Source: Candidatus Parcubacteria bacterium
GTDB lineage: Bacteria > Patescibacteriota > Minisyncoccia > Phycocordibacterales > CAIJYI01
NCBI GenBank assembly: GCA_026395595.1
Contig: JAPLYL010000008.1
Span: forward strand, 56,417-120,416
Direction of reading: 5' to 3'
Length of the DNA stretch: 64,000 nucleotides
In this document: positions 37,365 to 47,704 of the stretch, piece after piece
Layout: each line of letters opens with the position of its first letter
Position numbering within the stretch: the stretch's first letter is position 1
Made by a program: the position numbers and the translations under genes
The notes under the pieces: model-generated
Seen by the model: the letters and a program-made list of their open reading frames with translations, nothing else
The model's database searches: none
Told to the model about the DNA's origin: nothing

Positions 37365-38450
37365 ATGCTTCAAATAATCATTTTCGCAACCATAGCTATC
37401 GGTCTTCTTGCTGTTACGCATGTCTTTCTCTTCTTTTCTTTCATAAAATTCTTCACCGTTGAGTCGGTAAAAATGCAATACTTTATCGGAAGCATTTTGA
37501 TTTTTCTTCCCGTCGGACTAATTTGTGCGCAGATTCTCTCTCATTTTTACGATACCTATTTTTCTCGTTGTATTTTTTATCTTTTCAATCTCTGGTTCGG
37601 AACTCTGACCGCACTCCTTACTTTTTTTATTTTGGCGTGGATAGCCACTCTTCCTCCCTTCAATGCTCCGCGTTTTGTATTGGGAAGCATCGTACTGTTC
37701 GCCTCTATCGCCTATACCTCGTATGGGATATGGAATGCCTACCATCCAGAAATAAAACATATTACCGTTACGATAAAAAATCTTCCGGAAGGGTGGAAAG
37801 GCAAAAAAGTCGTTCAGGCCTCTGACATTCATCTCGGATTTATTTGGAGTGAAGCTTTTTTCCACCGGCTTATTGCCGATATTAACGTGCAAAAACCGGA
37901 AGCGGTATTTATTACCGGAGACCTTTTTGACGGGACGGGAGACAAATTTGATTATGTCGCCAACGATCTCAGAAAACTTATCGCGCCGAAAGGTTCTTAC
38001 TTTATCACCGGCAATCACGAGACGTATTTCGGCGTTGAAAAATCGTACGCGCTCCTTCAAAATTCCGGCGTCACCATACTTCGAGATGAAATGAAAAACG
38101 TAGACGGTCTGCAAATCGTCGGGATAAACTTTGAAAACAAAAAAGTGACGGATACGCTCGCAAAAATGCCAGAATACGACAGAAACGGTCCCTCCATTCT
38201 TCTCTATCATGAACCGGCAAGAACCGACGAAGCCAAAGCTTCGGGAATCAAACTCCAACTCTCTGGACATACTCATGCCGGGCAAATTTTCCCATACGGC
38301 TTTATTACCTCCCTCTATTATTCCAGTCTTGATTACGGATTACACAAATTCGGCGATTATACCCTGTACACTTCCAGCGGAGCCGGCACATGGGGTCCGG
38401 CGATGAGAGTCGGTACAAATTCCGAAATCGTCGTCATTACGCTTCAATAA
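37365..38450 (+). CDS. Membrane-bound metallophosphoesterase (YkuE-like)
   Basis: SDIH, TGDLFD, GNHE, SGHTHAGQ. Confidence 0.9.
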   Translation: MLQIIIFATIAIGLLAVTHVFLFFSFIKFFTVESVKMQYFIGSILIFLPVGLICAQILSHFYDTYFSRCIFYLFNLWFGTLTALLTFFILAWIATLPPFNAPRFVLGSIVLFASIAYTSYGIWNAYHPEIKHITVTIKNLPEGWKGKKVVQASDIHLGFIWSEAFFHRLIADINVQKPEAVFITGDLFDGTGDKFDYVANDLRKLIAPKGSYFITGNHETYFGVEKSYALLQNSGVTILRDEMKNVDGLQIVGINFENKKVTDTLAKMPEYDRNGPSILLYHEPARTDEAKASGIKLQLSGHTHAGQIFPYGFITSLYYSSLDYGLHKFGDYTLYTSSGAGTWGPAMRVGTNSEIVVITLQ

Positions 38451-38490
38451 AAAAAGAAACCGCCCCGATAGACAATCGGGGCGGTGTTTT

Positions 38491-39453
38491 TTAAAGAACC
38501 ATATTAAATAAATAGCCGGTCAGGATAATACCAATACCGACAACACTAAAGTACAAAGCCAAAAGTTTTGGTTTTAACACATTACGAAGGATAATCATTT
38601 CAGGAAGAGAAAGCGCCGTGACCGACATCATAAAAGCCAACGCTGTCCCCATGGGCAAACCTTTTTCAACCAATGATCGCACAATAGGTATCGTTCCCGC
38701 CGCGTTTGAGTATAAAGGAATACCTATTAAAACAACAATAATTACGGCAAACGGATTACTTGCACTGGCATACGTAGAAAGAAACCCTTCAGGCAAATAT
38801 CCGTGAATTCCCGCACCCAAAGCGACACCAATGAGAACATAAGGGAAAATTTTTTTCACTAAATCTTTCGTGTAATAATAAGATGAAAATAACCGTTGTT
38901 TTACTGTCAATTTTTCTTCCCATTCTTCTCCTTCCGATTTGAATTCCCAAACATATTCTTCAACTAAATGTTCCAATTTCATTTTTCCAAAAATAACCCC
39001 TGCCACGATAGAGAGAAAAATTCCTGAAATTACATACAAAAGCGCGACTTTCCATCCGAACATCCCAAACAAGAGAACAACAGCAATTTCATTCACCATT
39101 GGTGCAGAAATCAGATAAGAAAAGGTGACGCCAAGGGGAACCCCAGCTTCCAAAAGTCCAATAAACAGAGGAACGGCGGAACACGAACAAAAAGGAGTAA
39201 TAACACCAAGTAAAGAGGCGAGGATATTACCGACAAAGGAAAATCGGTTGGAAAGCATTCGTCTTATTTTTTGTGCAGGAAGATATGACCGAATAAGAGT
39301 AATAACAAAAACGATAACAGAGAGAAGCAATCCTATTTTTATGCTATCGTAAATGAAAAAATGAAGGGAGGTATACAAGACATCGTTCGGAGAGAGAGTG
39401 GTAAAAGCCAATAACCAATCCGCAAATTTTTCTACCGGATAAAAAATAGACAT
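38491..39453 (-). CDS. ArsP/DUF318 family permease
   Basis: TPFCSCSAVP, GIPLY, ALSLPE; in an arsR operon. Confidence 0.88.
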   Translation of the reverse strand: MSIFYPVEKFADWLLAFTTLSPNDVLYTSLHFFIYDSIKIGLLLSVIVFVITLIRSYLPAQKIRRMLSNRFSFVGNILASLLGVITPFCSCSAVPLFIGLLEAGVPLGVTFSYLISAPMVNEIAVVLLFGMFGWKVALLYVISGIFLSIVAGVIFGKMKLEHLVEEYVWEFKSEGEEWEEKLTVKQRLFSSYYYTKDLVKKIFPYVLIGVALGAGIHGYLPEGFLSTYASASNPFAVIIVVLIGIPLYSNAAGTIPIVRSLVEKGLPMGTALAFMMSVTALSLPEMIILRNVLKPKLLALYFSVVGIGIILTGYLFNMVL

Positions 39454-39464
39454 GATATCATTCC

Positions 39465-39755
39465 TTATTGGTTATCAAGAAGTATTTTTTTAATTTTCTC
39501 TTTTTTAACTTCTTCCGGCTCAAGATCAAATCCTATCATCACCGCTTTTCCTCGGATGGTAATTATCGGGGTTTTTAAAACCTTCAGTTTTAAAACTTCT
39601 TTAATGTCGGGAACGTAGATAATTGACTCCGTGATTCCGACTTCTTTTGCCACTCGAGAAACAAGGTTAAACAATTTTTTACATGTCGGACACCCGGAAC
39701 CAAGGACTTTAATATCCATCGGAGTTGTTTCAGTTTTTTTATGTTCTTCTGTCAT
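39465..39755 (-). CDS. Small thioredoxin-like protein (MTH895-like)
   Basis: IKVLGSGCPTC, TP motif; start at MTEEHKK. Confidence 0.8.
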   Translation of the reverse strand: MTEEHKKTETTPMDIKVLGSGCPTCKKLFNLVSRVAKEVGITESIIYVPDIKEVLKLKVLKTPIITIRGKAVMIGFDLEPEEVKKEKIKKILLDNQ

Positions 39756-39766
39756 TTCTTTCCCCT

Positions 39767-40036
39767 TTATAATTTTCTTAAAAAACCTCGCAATTCTGCA
39801 AAACTTTTTTTGTTCAAAGAATAATGTATCCATTTCCCCTCCCTGTGTGCGATAATAAGATTGCTTTTTCGTAAAGTTCCCAGATGATACGAAACCAGAT
39901 TTTGCGGTAATTTCAGATTTTCAAGAATCTCACACACACACTTTTCGCCAATAGAAAGATATTGGATAATTTTTATCCTTTCACTCCCTCCGAGAACTTT
40001 AAATGTCTGCGCTATTTTTTTGTGGTTCATATACAT
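39767..40036 (-). CDS. ArsR/SmtB family regulator
   Basis: EKCVCEI, VSYHLGTL, REGKWIHYSL. Confidence 0.88.
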   Translation of the reverse strand: MYMNHKKIAQTFKVLGGSERIKIIQYLSIGEKCVCEILENLKLPQNLVSYHLGTLRKSNLIIAHREGKWIHYSLNKKSFAELRGFLRKL

Positions 40037-40127
40037 ATCAAAGAACTTTGATATGACTTATACTAGCACAATCGTTTTTTGTGTCAATAAAAAATCGGCG
40101 ACCCGTTTGAGGGTCGCCGATTGCGTT

Positions 40128-41693
40128 TTAACTTTGTATCAATTTAGCCGAATAATCTATCGGACCGACGTCGCGGATAATACATCTTGGAGAGCTCCAT
40201 GTGTTGATGATTGCTTGCGGAGTACCGATACCGGCGCCGCGAGGATCGCCACAGGGGCCGAACCAATGATTTTGAGGAGCGCCGGTTGTGCGAGCGCGCA
40301 TGCCCGCATAGGTCGTTCCGTTCACAGTTGAACCAAGCACACGATTGATAAAAACGGGGTCATCTGAAACCACAGCTGCGGTCAAATGATTTTCCATACG
40401 ATCACAGGCTTCCAGTACGTATTCAGTATCTCTATTTTCATAAGAAGTGACCAACTGAAACGGACCAAAAACTTCGGTCGTCGCAGTATTCCAATATCTT
40501 GGCAATAAAATTTGCTTAAGCGGGACATATACCGCCGTCGGTTCTATCGCGCCATAACAATCCGGAATAGTGTGATTTATAAGAGGTTTTCCGCCGAACA
40601 GAAGTCTCGCTCCGGGAATTTCAAGAAGCTTGTTCATGTGGTGCAACATCTCTTTCGTCTTCCACGTAAGAACCGGGCCAACGGTGAGGTCGTGAAGATT
40701 CCGCGAATAAGCTAAGGATTTTAATTTGGAAAAAAGACCGCCATCCACCCAATTGTTATGAGCAAAAAGGATGGAAGTCGCCGAGCATTTTTGTCCGCTT
40801 GCCGCATACGCATCTTGGTCGCATTGCCAAGCAACATAATCAAGATTTTCTTTATTGAAATCCGGACCGAGAATTTTCCAGTCAAAACCGGCATCTTCAA
40901 TGCGCACTTTTCCGCGCATAATCTGTGAAATTTCTTCCGCAACGTTGCTTGAACCGGTGAATTGAACGAGACGGATAATATCTTTTCCTTGTTTCAATAA
41001 TTCGTTCATCACGGAACCGCGACAGTGGATAAGGTCAACATCTCCCATCGGCAAACCGCAAAAGTGAAGCAGGGCCAAGAATTGGTCAATAACCACACTC
41101 ACGGTCGTCGCCGATTTAATGAGCGGTTTATTGCCCATATAAAGTGCGCCCATCAATTGCAAGACGGGAATTTCCATCGGAAAGTTAAACGGCGCGATAA
41201 TTACCGCGGAGCCATAGGGCCACTGATAATCCTGCGGTTGCTGTCCGAAGTGATCACCGGGGGTTGTCTTCCCCGTCGCCAGAAACCGCACTTGGTCTCC
41301 GGAAAAGTTTTTCAAAAATTGTTTCGTTACGACGACTTCGCCACGCGCTTGCGCGTACGATTTCGGCATTACGCTTTGGATAAGGCGAGTAAAGTACCCC
41401 TCAACAGCAGAATCTTCCAAAGCCATTGCCGCCTTAAAAGAAACTTCGCCGAGCATTTTATAGCGCTCAACATTTTTTATCGGATTATGTAGCCCGCTTT
41501 TCGGACACTTCGCCAACGACTCCAAAAATGGCGCAATTTCGTCCGCTTGAGTATCGGGATATTCCAACAGTGGCGTTCCCTCAAGCGGGTTTATAAGTAC
41601 AGCCATTTTCGCCGTATTCACATATTCCCCGCCGACGATGTTGCATAAATGTTTTTGGTCGTCTTTCAATGCTTCTAACAAGTCTTTATACAT
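40128..41693 (-). CDS. Aldehyde dehydrogenase, ALDH12-type P5C dehydrogenase
   Basis: APFNFP, FTGS, EDAGFDWKILGPD, SGQKCSA, TTGAPQNHWFGP.GDPRGAGIGTP. Confidence 0.85.
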   Translation of the reverse strand: MYKDLLEALKDDQKHLCNIVGGEYVNTAKMAVLINPLEGTPLLEYPDTQADEIAPFLESLAKCPKSGLHNPIKNVERYKMLGEVSFKAAMALEDSAVEGYFTRLIQSVMPKSYAQARGEVVVTKQFLKNFSGDQVRFLATGKTTPGDHFGQQPQDYQWPYGSAVIIAPFNFPMEIPVLQLMGALYMGNKPLIKSATTVSVVIDQFLALLHFCGLPMGDVDLIHCRGSVMNELLKQGKDIIRLVQFTGSSNVAEEISQIMRGKVRIEDAGFDWKILGPDFNKENLDYVAWQCDQDAYAASGQKCSATSILFAHNNWVDGGLFSKLKSLAYSRNLHDLTVGPVLTWKTKEMLHHMNKLLEIPGARLLFGGKPLINHTIPDCYGAIEPTAVYVPLKQILLPRYWNTATTEVFGPFQLVTSYENRDTEYVLEACDRMENHLTAAVVSDDPVFINRVLGSTVNGTTYAGMRARTTGAPQNHWFGPCGDPRGAGIGTPQAIINTWSSPRCIIRDVGPIDYSAKLIQS

Positions 41694-41857
41694 CAGATAC
41701 TCTCCATTTCTCGCCTGCCATAGCCTCTGGCAAAGGCGGGTTTTTTGTTAAAAATCAATCCGTGCTTATTCTGCCTAATTTTGTCATAAATGTCAATAAA
41801 AATCGGGACTTTTTCGTGCTATAATACCAGCGGAAAAACACGAAGAAGGAGGTCTTT

Positions 41858-42307
41858 ATGAAACCCCTCAAATACGCTATTTTGGCAGTTCTATTTCTTT
41901 TTGTCAGTTGTAAACCTCCGCAACAAGCAGACCCGGGCGGACGATGGCGCGGGTATATGGATCGCGTCGCTTCAACGCAAAAAACGGGAGCGAGCGTTCT
42001 CATTGATTATGAATGTGATAGTTCGTGCCTTATTCTTCTCTCTTCCGGACCTGGGCTTCGTATTTCAAAAGACGCCAAGTTCGGTGTTCACGAAACGAGA
42101 TATGTTCTTCCTCACTCCGAGTACTTGGACAATACCAGCAAAAGAAGTGAAGTCGGCACCAAACTTTTCAAAACACTGCTTCCCGAATGTCACGATTTAT
42201 TCGTGGCGTTTATTGTCGTTTCCTTTTTTCTTATTGTTTTTTTCTTTTCCCTTCGTGTTATCGTATGGTATTTTCCACCAACACTTCCGTTGCTTCTTCT
42301 TCACTAA
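41858..42307 (+). CDS. Putative lipoprotein, possibly 3'-disrupted
   Basis: AAGGAGG RBS, lipobox FVSC; C-terminus overlaps the convergent MATE gene. Confidence 0.5.
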   Translation: MKPLKYAILAVLFLFVSCKPPQQADPGGRWRGYMDRVASTQKTGASVLIDYECDSSCLILLSSGPGLRISKDAKFGVHETRYVLPHSEYLDNTSKRSEVGTKLFKTLLPECHDLFVAFIVVSFFLIVFFFSLRVIVWYFPPTLPLLLLH

Positions 42308-43673
42308 TCAGACGCTTGTGCTTCCAGTCCCCTTTTAGGAACCACACAACAGCCAAGAGCGCGGTAAAAACATACGAAACGGGAAATGCCCACCATATCC
42401 CGATTTCATGAAGGGAGGTATGTTTGGAAAGAAGATAGGCAACGGGGAATTGAAAAACCCAGAGAGAAACGACGGAAAACAAAAGAGGAACCATCATATT
42501 TCCCGAAGCGCGAAACACTCCGGAAAGCGACATCTGTAAACCGAGGAAACCGAAAGTGAGAGCGATGATGCGCAAAAAAACCGCACCCTGCCCTATCACC
42601 TCGGGATCGTTCGGAACAAAAAAACTGACGAGACGCGGAGCAAAAACAAAACAAAAAATTCCGACGACCGTGAGAAAAACAAAAGAAATAAACGCACCCA
42701 AAATAGCAGTATCATGCGCGCGTTTTATCTTCCCCGCCCCGATATTATGTCCAACCAAAACAGATGTTGCCACGGAAAGCCCAAGCGCCGGTATGACCAC
42801 TACCTGCAAGATATTGGAACCGACCCCATACACCGCCGTCACGACCGTACCAAAGCTGGTGATAAGGAACGTCATCGTCAGAATCCCAAAAGAACGAATA
42901 GATTGTTCCAGAGAGGCAGGAACGCCGAGAAAAAATAATTTTTTTAAGAAAATCATATCGGGAACAAAATCAGAAAGTTTAAGACAGATAGTGTAATTCC
43001 CTCGGAAGAGAAGAAATATCCCGATAAAAGCGGCAAGTGTTTGAGTTCCAAAAGTCGCCATAGCGGCACCGGCCACACCCGAGGCGGGAATGTTTTTCCA
43101 GCCAAATATAAAAAGCGGATCCAGTAAAAAATTCAGCGTCGTCGTTCCGATAATAATGATCATAGGAACTTTCACTTGCCCGATACCCCGCATAACCGAT
43201 TGAAAAGCAGTAAACCAAAACATAAACGGCAACCCAAGAAAAAGCACACGTAAAAAAAGAAGGGCGTTCAAAAACACTTCAGGAGAAACCCCCATAAGTT
43301 TCAATAAAACAGGAGAAAAAAACCAGCCGATAATTGCAAAAATTATGGAAGCAAACGTCACCAATACCAAGGTTTGTGCTACCACATGATTCACTTTTTT
43401 GTAGTTGCGCGCTCCGGCATATTGCGCGACAAGTGCCGATCCTGCAATAAGGAAACCGGTAACGATAGAGATGAGAAGAAAAGTAATAGGAAAACTGATA
43501 GAAACCGAAGCCACAGCATTCGCACCCAAACGACCTACCCAAAAAGCATCAGTGAGTTGATACGCCACTTGAAGAAGATTTATGCAAACAATGGGTATAG
43601 CAAGCATCGTCAAAGATCGGGCAATAGAACCCTCCGTCCCGCACCATTCTTTTGTTTTTGTTATCGGTTCCAT
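42258..43673 (-). CDS. MATE family efflux transporter
   Basis: About 12 TM helices, DAFWVGRLG, LDPLFIFG, GVAGAAMAT; start at MEPITK. Confidence 0.9.
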   Translation of the reverse strand: MEPITKTKEWCGTEGSIARSLTMLAIPIVCINLLQVAYQLTDAFWVGRLGANAVASVSISFPITFLLISIVTGFLIAGSALVAQYAGARNYKKVNHVVAQTLVLVTFASIIFAIIGWFFSPVLLKLMGVSPEVFLNALLFLRVLFLGLPFMFWFTAFQSVMRGIGQVKVPMIIIIGTTTLNFLLDPLFIFGWKNIPASGVAGAAMATFGTQTLAAFIGIFLLFRGNYTICLKLSDFVPDMIFLKKLFFLGVPASLEQSIRSFGILTMTFLITSFGTVVTAVYGVGSNILQVVVIPALGLSVATSVLVGHNIGAGKIKRAHDTAILGAFISFVFLTVVGIFCFVFAPRLVSFFVPNDPEVIGQGAVFLRIIALTFGFLGLQMSLSGVFRASGNMMVPLLFSVVSLWVFQFPVAYLLSKHTSLHEIGIWWAFPVSYVFTALLAVVWFLKGDWKHKRLISEEEATEVLVENTIR

Positions 43674-43689
43674 ATAAAATAATATCGCA

Positions 43690-43858
43690 TTGCAAGGGTA
43701 GTCCTTAAGGAGGTGAGGAATGGGTTGGGGCCCATTCCGTAAGACCTTTTGAGAGATTTTATGAGGTACGAATAAAATATCCAAAAAGTGTACCGTCCAT
43801 GTAATGGAAGGAGCGAAGCGCAATGACGGGGAAAGGACTGCCCTTGGGGTGATTTCAC
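43690..43858. repeat. REP/MITE-like element homologous to 774-849
   Basis: Reverse complement reads GTGAAATCACCCCAAGGGCAGTCCTTTCCCCGTCA...CCTCCTTAAGGACTACCCTTGCAA with ~90 bp extra interior. Confidence 0.65.
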
Positions 43859-43922
43859 TTTGAATCTATTTATAAAATACGTTATACTACGAAATATCTT
43901 ATAAGTATACCCTTTTATCTCT

Positions 43923-44291
43923 ATGAACAACATGGAAAAAACAAGCGTTCGTCCGAAAATATCGGAAAACGACAAAAAAATACAAGAAAATCTTATCTCC
44001 GCTTTTGAAGAAAACAAATGCCCTTCATGTGGTAAAGACATCGGTCTTTTGGGAATTGAAAACTGGAATGGTTTTTGCGACGAAGATTGTTTCCAAAAAT
44101 ACAAAGGAGGGGACCAAAATCTCGCTATGGCCGGAGGAGAATACGATTACCGAAAATCCCTCGCCAGAGATGCCGAAAAACTCGGTATGGACGTAAATGA
44201 ATACAAAAAGCTCAGAGAAGAAAAGAAACTCTCGTTTGCGGAAATACAAGACGGAATAAGAAACGAAGAACAGCAAAAAATGGCCGCATAA
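43923..44291 (+). CDS. Hypothetical protein with CxxC...CxxxC zinc finger
   Basis: CPSCG...FCDEDC; followed by a terminator hairpin. Confidence 0.6.
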   Translation: MNNMEKTSVRPKISENDKKIQENLISAFEENKCPSCGKDIGLLGIENWNGFCDEDCFQKYKGGDQNLAMAGGEYDYRKSLARDAEKLGMDVNEYKKLREEKKLSFAEIQDGIRNEEQQKMAA

Positions 44292-44339
44292 AAAATAACT
44301 GAAAAAAAACGCCCCGAGCAATCGGGGCGTTTACTCGTA

Positions 44340-47000
44340 TTATTGAGCTAAACTTTTTTCAATTTTTTCCATCGTTCCTTTTACTTTTTCCATGGGAACT
44401 TTCAGAAGTTCTTCTTTCAAACGCAAAAGTTCCGTTTTCATCATTTCTTGAAGTCTTGGAATGTATCGTTTCCAATTAGTCAGAGATGAAACCATTCGCG
44501 AAGCGACAATATCATTCTTTGGAGCATAGCCTATAAGGAAATCGGTCAAGAACGCATACCCTTCTTTCGTATGGAAATGTTTAGCATTCCCTCCGGCAAA
44601 AGCGCCGACCAAAGCCCGTACTCGATTCGGATTATTGATGTCAAAATCCGGATGATTCATCAGCGCTTTGACACGCCCTATCGCGCCCTTTTCCTCAGAA
44701 TATGCTTGTACAGCGAACCACATATCAGTGACGTTATTATCACCCTTGAATTGTTCATAGAATCTATGAAGTGAATCTGAGGCAGAATTGGAAAATCCAT
44801 ATTTTGCAACACGATCAACCAAACAAGAAAGCGCCGTATATTTATCTGACATACCTTTCGCACGAGCATATTGTCCAAATATCCGAACCTCGTTTACATC
44901 AAGTTCCGTCAAATAGCCAAGAGCGGTATTAGCAACCGAACGTCTAGCTACCGATTCCGGGTCAAAAGAAAGTTCGGCATCAAAATCGCTCCGATTTTCC
45001 TTGTATAAGCGTTCAAATTCCTTGCGGTACATTCTCGCTAAAACACGATAAGCAAAAGTACGCGCTTTATGAATCGCGTGAGGATCAACTTTTTCGCTCA
45101 TATTAGAAAGTGTTCTGGAACCCGGCAAACACATCATTTCTGCAAGCAAATTCTTATCAATACTCTTTTCGCGGAGTATGGAACCGAATGCTTGTATAAA
45201 ACTATCTTCCAAAACAAGCGTTCTTCCAACTTTTGCGTCTTCCACAAGTTTGAGCAATACTTGCGCGCCATAGGTTTGACTCGCATCCCAACGAGCAAAC
45301 AAACTCGTGTCATACGCCATCAAGTGCGCTAATTCGCCGCCCGCATATTCATACTTCACTTTAACCGGAGCAAAATTCCGATTCAAAGAAAGCACTGGTT
45401 TTTCCGAAACGCAAGCAAAAACAAATTCTTGTTCTTTTTGAGTAATGCGAAGAGTTCCATCATGGTAATCGCCGGAAATTGCTCTCGCGTTTATCTCGCC
45501 TTTCTTGCCGATAAAACCGACAGAAAAAGGAATATCAAACGGTTCAAGTTCTTTTCCTTCCTTCAAAGGAGTCGTTTCCTGCTTTACAAGAAGACGAAGT
45601 TTTTGCAAAGCTTCGTCATATTCTGAAACGATGGTCACGGTTGGCGTCCCCGATTGGGTGAACCAGTTACGGAATTGATACAGGTCAACATCATTCGCTT
45701 CTTCCATGCAACGCATTACATCTTCAATTCGGGTCGCTTGACCGTCATGGCGTTTTGCGTAAAATTTCATGCCTTTCAAAAAACCGTCCCGTCCGATAAT
45801 GCCTTCCAGCATTTTGTACACTTCCGCGCCTTTTTGGTAAACCGTTGAGGTGTACATATTATTCGGTTCTTTAATTACCTCCGGGCGTATCGCATGACGA
45901 TTCGGGCCTGCATCTTCCGAAAACTGTCCGGAACGAATACTGGAAACATCATCAATTTCTTTGCGAAGTCCCCAACCGCGATAATCCTTAGAAAAAAGGC
46001 AGTCGCGGCGAACTGTAATGCTTTCTTTTACTCCGAGTTCTCGCCAGTCAACATTGGTAATCCGATTTCCCGTCCAGTTATGAAAATACTCATGACCGAT
46101 AACCCCTTCAACGTGTTCGTAAGTAGAATCAGCCGCTGTTTCCGGACTGGCAAGTACGCACGACACATTAAAGATATTCAGTCCTTTGTTTTCCATTGCG
46201 CCCATATTGAAATACGGGGTCGCGACAATTTTGTAATCGTCAACATCACACTCGTATCCGTACCAGTCTTCATCATACTTCATCGCGTGTTTGAGCGAAT
46301 CCATCGCATGATGGCATTTTTCAATGTCTTTCTTATCGGCGTAAATTTCAAGATTTACACTGCGTCCGGACATCGCCAAATACGAATCTTTCAGTACTTC
46401 CAATTTTCCCGCCACCAAAGCGAATAAATAGCTTGGTATGGGGAACGGCAGGTCGTAGGCCTTCCAATGCGATCCGTTTTTTTCTCCTTCATCAACCAAG
46501 TTGCCGTTGGAAAGTATGACCGGATATTTTTCTTTGTTGCCGATGATAGTGGTGCGAAATGGCGCCATTACTTTCGGCATATCAAGGTAAGGTACGATCT
46601 TGCGAAATCCTTCCGGTTCGTTTTGAGTCAGAAGCATATCGCCCGCCGCATACAACCCTTCACCGGTCGTATTGTTTTTCGGGTCTATCAAAACAACGGT
46701 TTCCACTTTGCACCCGTTGGGTACTCCGTGGAGAATAAGCTTGTTGCCGGTACGTTCGTGCCGAAAAACCCACCCATTTATTTTAAGACTTAACAGCTTC
46801 ACTTCAGGGGCCAAATCCAAAGTAAGCGGAGTATTATCCGCCACTTTTGGATTTCGCCGTATCCGATAAGTCGCCGTCACCTTTGTTTCATTTTCGGGGG
46901 TTGCGTCAAGTTCAAATCGTAGATCCACTCGCCCTATGGGGATATAATCCGCTTCAGGATAGTGTTTGTCTAGTTCGTGCGGTTTGCGCGGTTCGTTCAT
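44340..47000 (-). CDS. pepN: Aminopeptidase N (M1 family)
   Basis: GAMENKGLNIFN, HEYFHNWTGNRIT, NPNRVRAL. Confidence 0.93.
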   Translation of the reverse strand: MNEPRKPHELDKHYPEADYIPIGRVDLRFELDATPENETKVTATYRIRRNPKVADNTPLTLDLAPEVKLLSLKINGWVFRHERTGNKLILHGVPNGCKVETVVLIDPKNNTTGEGLYAAGDMLLTQNEPEGFRKIVPYLDMPKVMAPFRTTIIGNKEKYPVILSNGNLVDEGEKNGSHWKAYDLPFPIPSYLFALVAGKLEVLKDSYLAMSGRSVNLEIYADKKDIEKCHHAMDSLKHAMKYDEDWYGYECDVDDYKIVATPYFNMGAMENKGLNIFNVSCVLASPETAADSTYEHVEGVIGHEYFHNWTGNRITNVDWRELGVKESITVRRDCLFSKDYRGWGLRKEIDDVSSIRSGQFSEDAGPNRHAIRPEVIKEPNNMYTSTVYQKGAEVYKMLEGIIGRDGFLKGMKFYAKRHDGQATRIEDVMRCMEEANDVDLYQFRNWFTQSGTPTVTIVSEYDEALQKLRLLVKQETTPLKEGKELEPFDIPFSVGFIGKKGEINARAISGDYHDGTLRITQKEQEFVFACVSEKPVLSLNRNFAPVKVKYEYAGGELAHLMAYDTSLFARWDASQTYGAQVLLKLVEDAKVGRTLVLEDSFIQAFGSILREKSIDKNLLAEMMCLPGSRTLSNMSEKVDPHAIHKARTFAYRVLARMYRKEFERLYKENRSDFDAELSFDPESVARRSVANTALGYLTELDVNEVRIFGQYARAKGMSDKYTALSCLVDRVAKYGFSNSASDSLHRFYEQFKGDNNVTDMWFAVQAYSEEKGAIGRVKALMNHPDFDINNPNRVRALVGAFAGGNAKHFHTKEGYAFLTDFLIGYAPKNDIVASRMVSSLTNWKRYIPRLQEMMKTELLRLKEELLKVPMEKVKGTMEKIEKSLAQ

Positions 47001-47098
47001 TTTCTTCTCCTTTCAGGAAAAAGTAATTTCAAGGAAAAACCTCAAAATGAAGTTTCTGTGCCTACAGTACTATAAAATGACAAAAAGTCAATACAGGC

Positions 47099-47127
47099 TT
47101 GTTACCGAAAAACCTCTGTGATATAGT
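47099..47127 (+). promoter_or_regulatory. Putative sigma70 promoter for structured leader B
   Basis: TTGTTA-17 bp-TATAGT with extended TG. Confidence 0.55.
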
Positions 47128-47150
47128 AAACATACAATTTAATATCCAAT

Positions 47151-47290
47151 GGCCTAAACCGTTAGCATTTTGCTACGGCATGGCCGATAATCGTTCCACA
47201 CAAAAAACCCGTTATCAGGGCGTGTGGAACGTTGCGTGGGGAAACTCACACAGGGGCTTCGGCCCTCCTGGTAGCGGGTTTTTTGTACCC
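47151..47290 (+). ncRNA. Structured leader RNA, copy B
   Basis: Same helix order and conserved linkers as 24227-24374 with different stem sequences. Confidence 0.7.
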
Positions 47291-47337
47291 AAAAAAACAG
47301 CGCGCCCGGGAAATTTATTCGTTCATTTTTTTATAAC

Positions 47338-47631
47338 ATGAAAAAAGAACCGATCATTTCCTTCCAAGGGAAAAACGCGAACATAGAACTTTTTGAGACG
47401 GAAATAAAAATAGGAGAAAAGCATATCGCCATAAAAGATATTCTTTCTCACAAAATAAAACAACCCAAGAAAACCTGCGGTTTTCTCCATTTTTCTCTCG
47501 CGGGAAATCTTCCCTCTCAGAAATGGACTCTCGGCGACGAACCGGACGAAAACACGGTCTGCTTTACCACTGAAGAAGACCACCAAAAAGCGCAGGAGAT
47601 AGTAAAATACATCACAAAAAGTAAACGCTAA
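47338..47631 (+). CDS. Small PH-like domain protein (DUF4429-like)
   Basis: FQGKNANIEL...I.IKDI...GFLHF...DENTVCF. Confidence 0.55.
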   Translation: MKKEPIISFQGKNANIELFETEIKIGEKHIAIKDILSHKIKQPKKTCGFLHFSLAGNLPSQKWTLGDEPDENTVCFTTEEDHQKAQEIVKYITKSKR

Positions 47632-47704
47632 AGAAAAATTATTATGACGAAGAGCGCCGTCTTTCTATTTTATTATTTCTCTATTCTGTTATCATAGAAA
47701 GATA

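Noticed and set aside
37518..38285. Long antisense ORFs in the track (for example 255 aa here, 177 aa at 45894)
   Set aside because: Shadows of well-supported genes on the opposite strand.
47151..47185. c-di-GMP-I riboswitch suggested by GGCCTAAACC
   Set aside because: Only the tetraloop-receptor-like segment matches; the upstream GGGCAAA/GCAAA core is absent.
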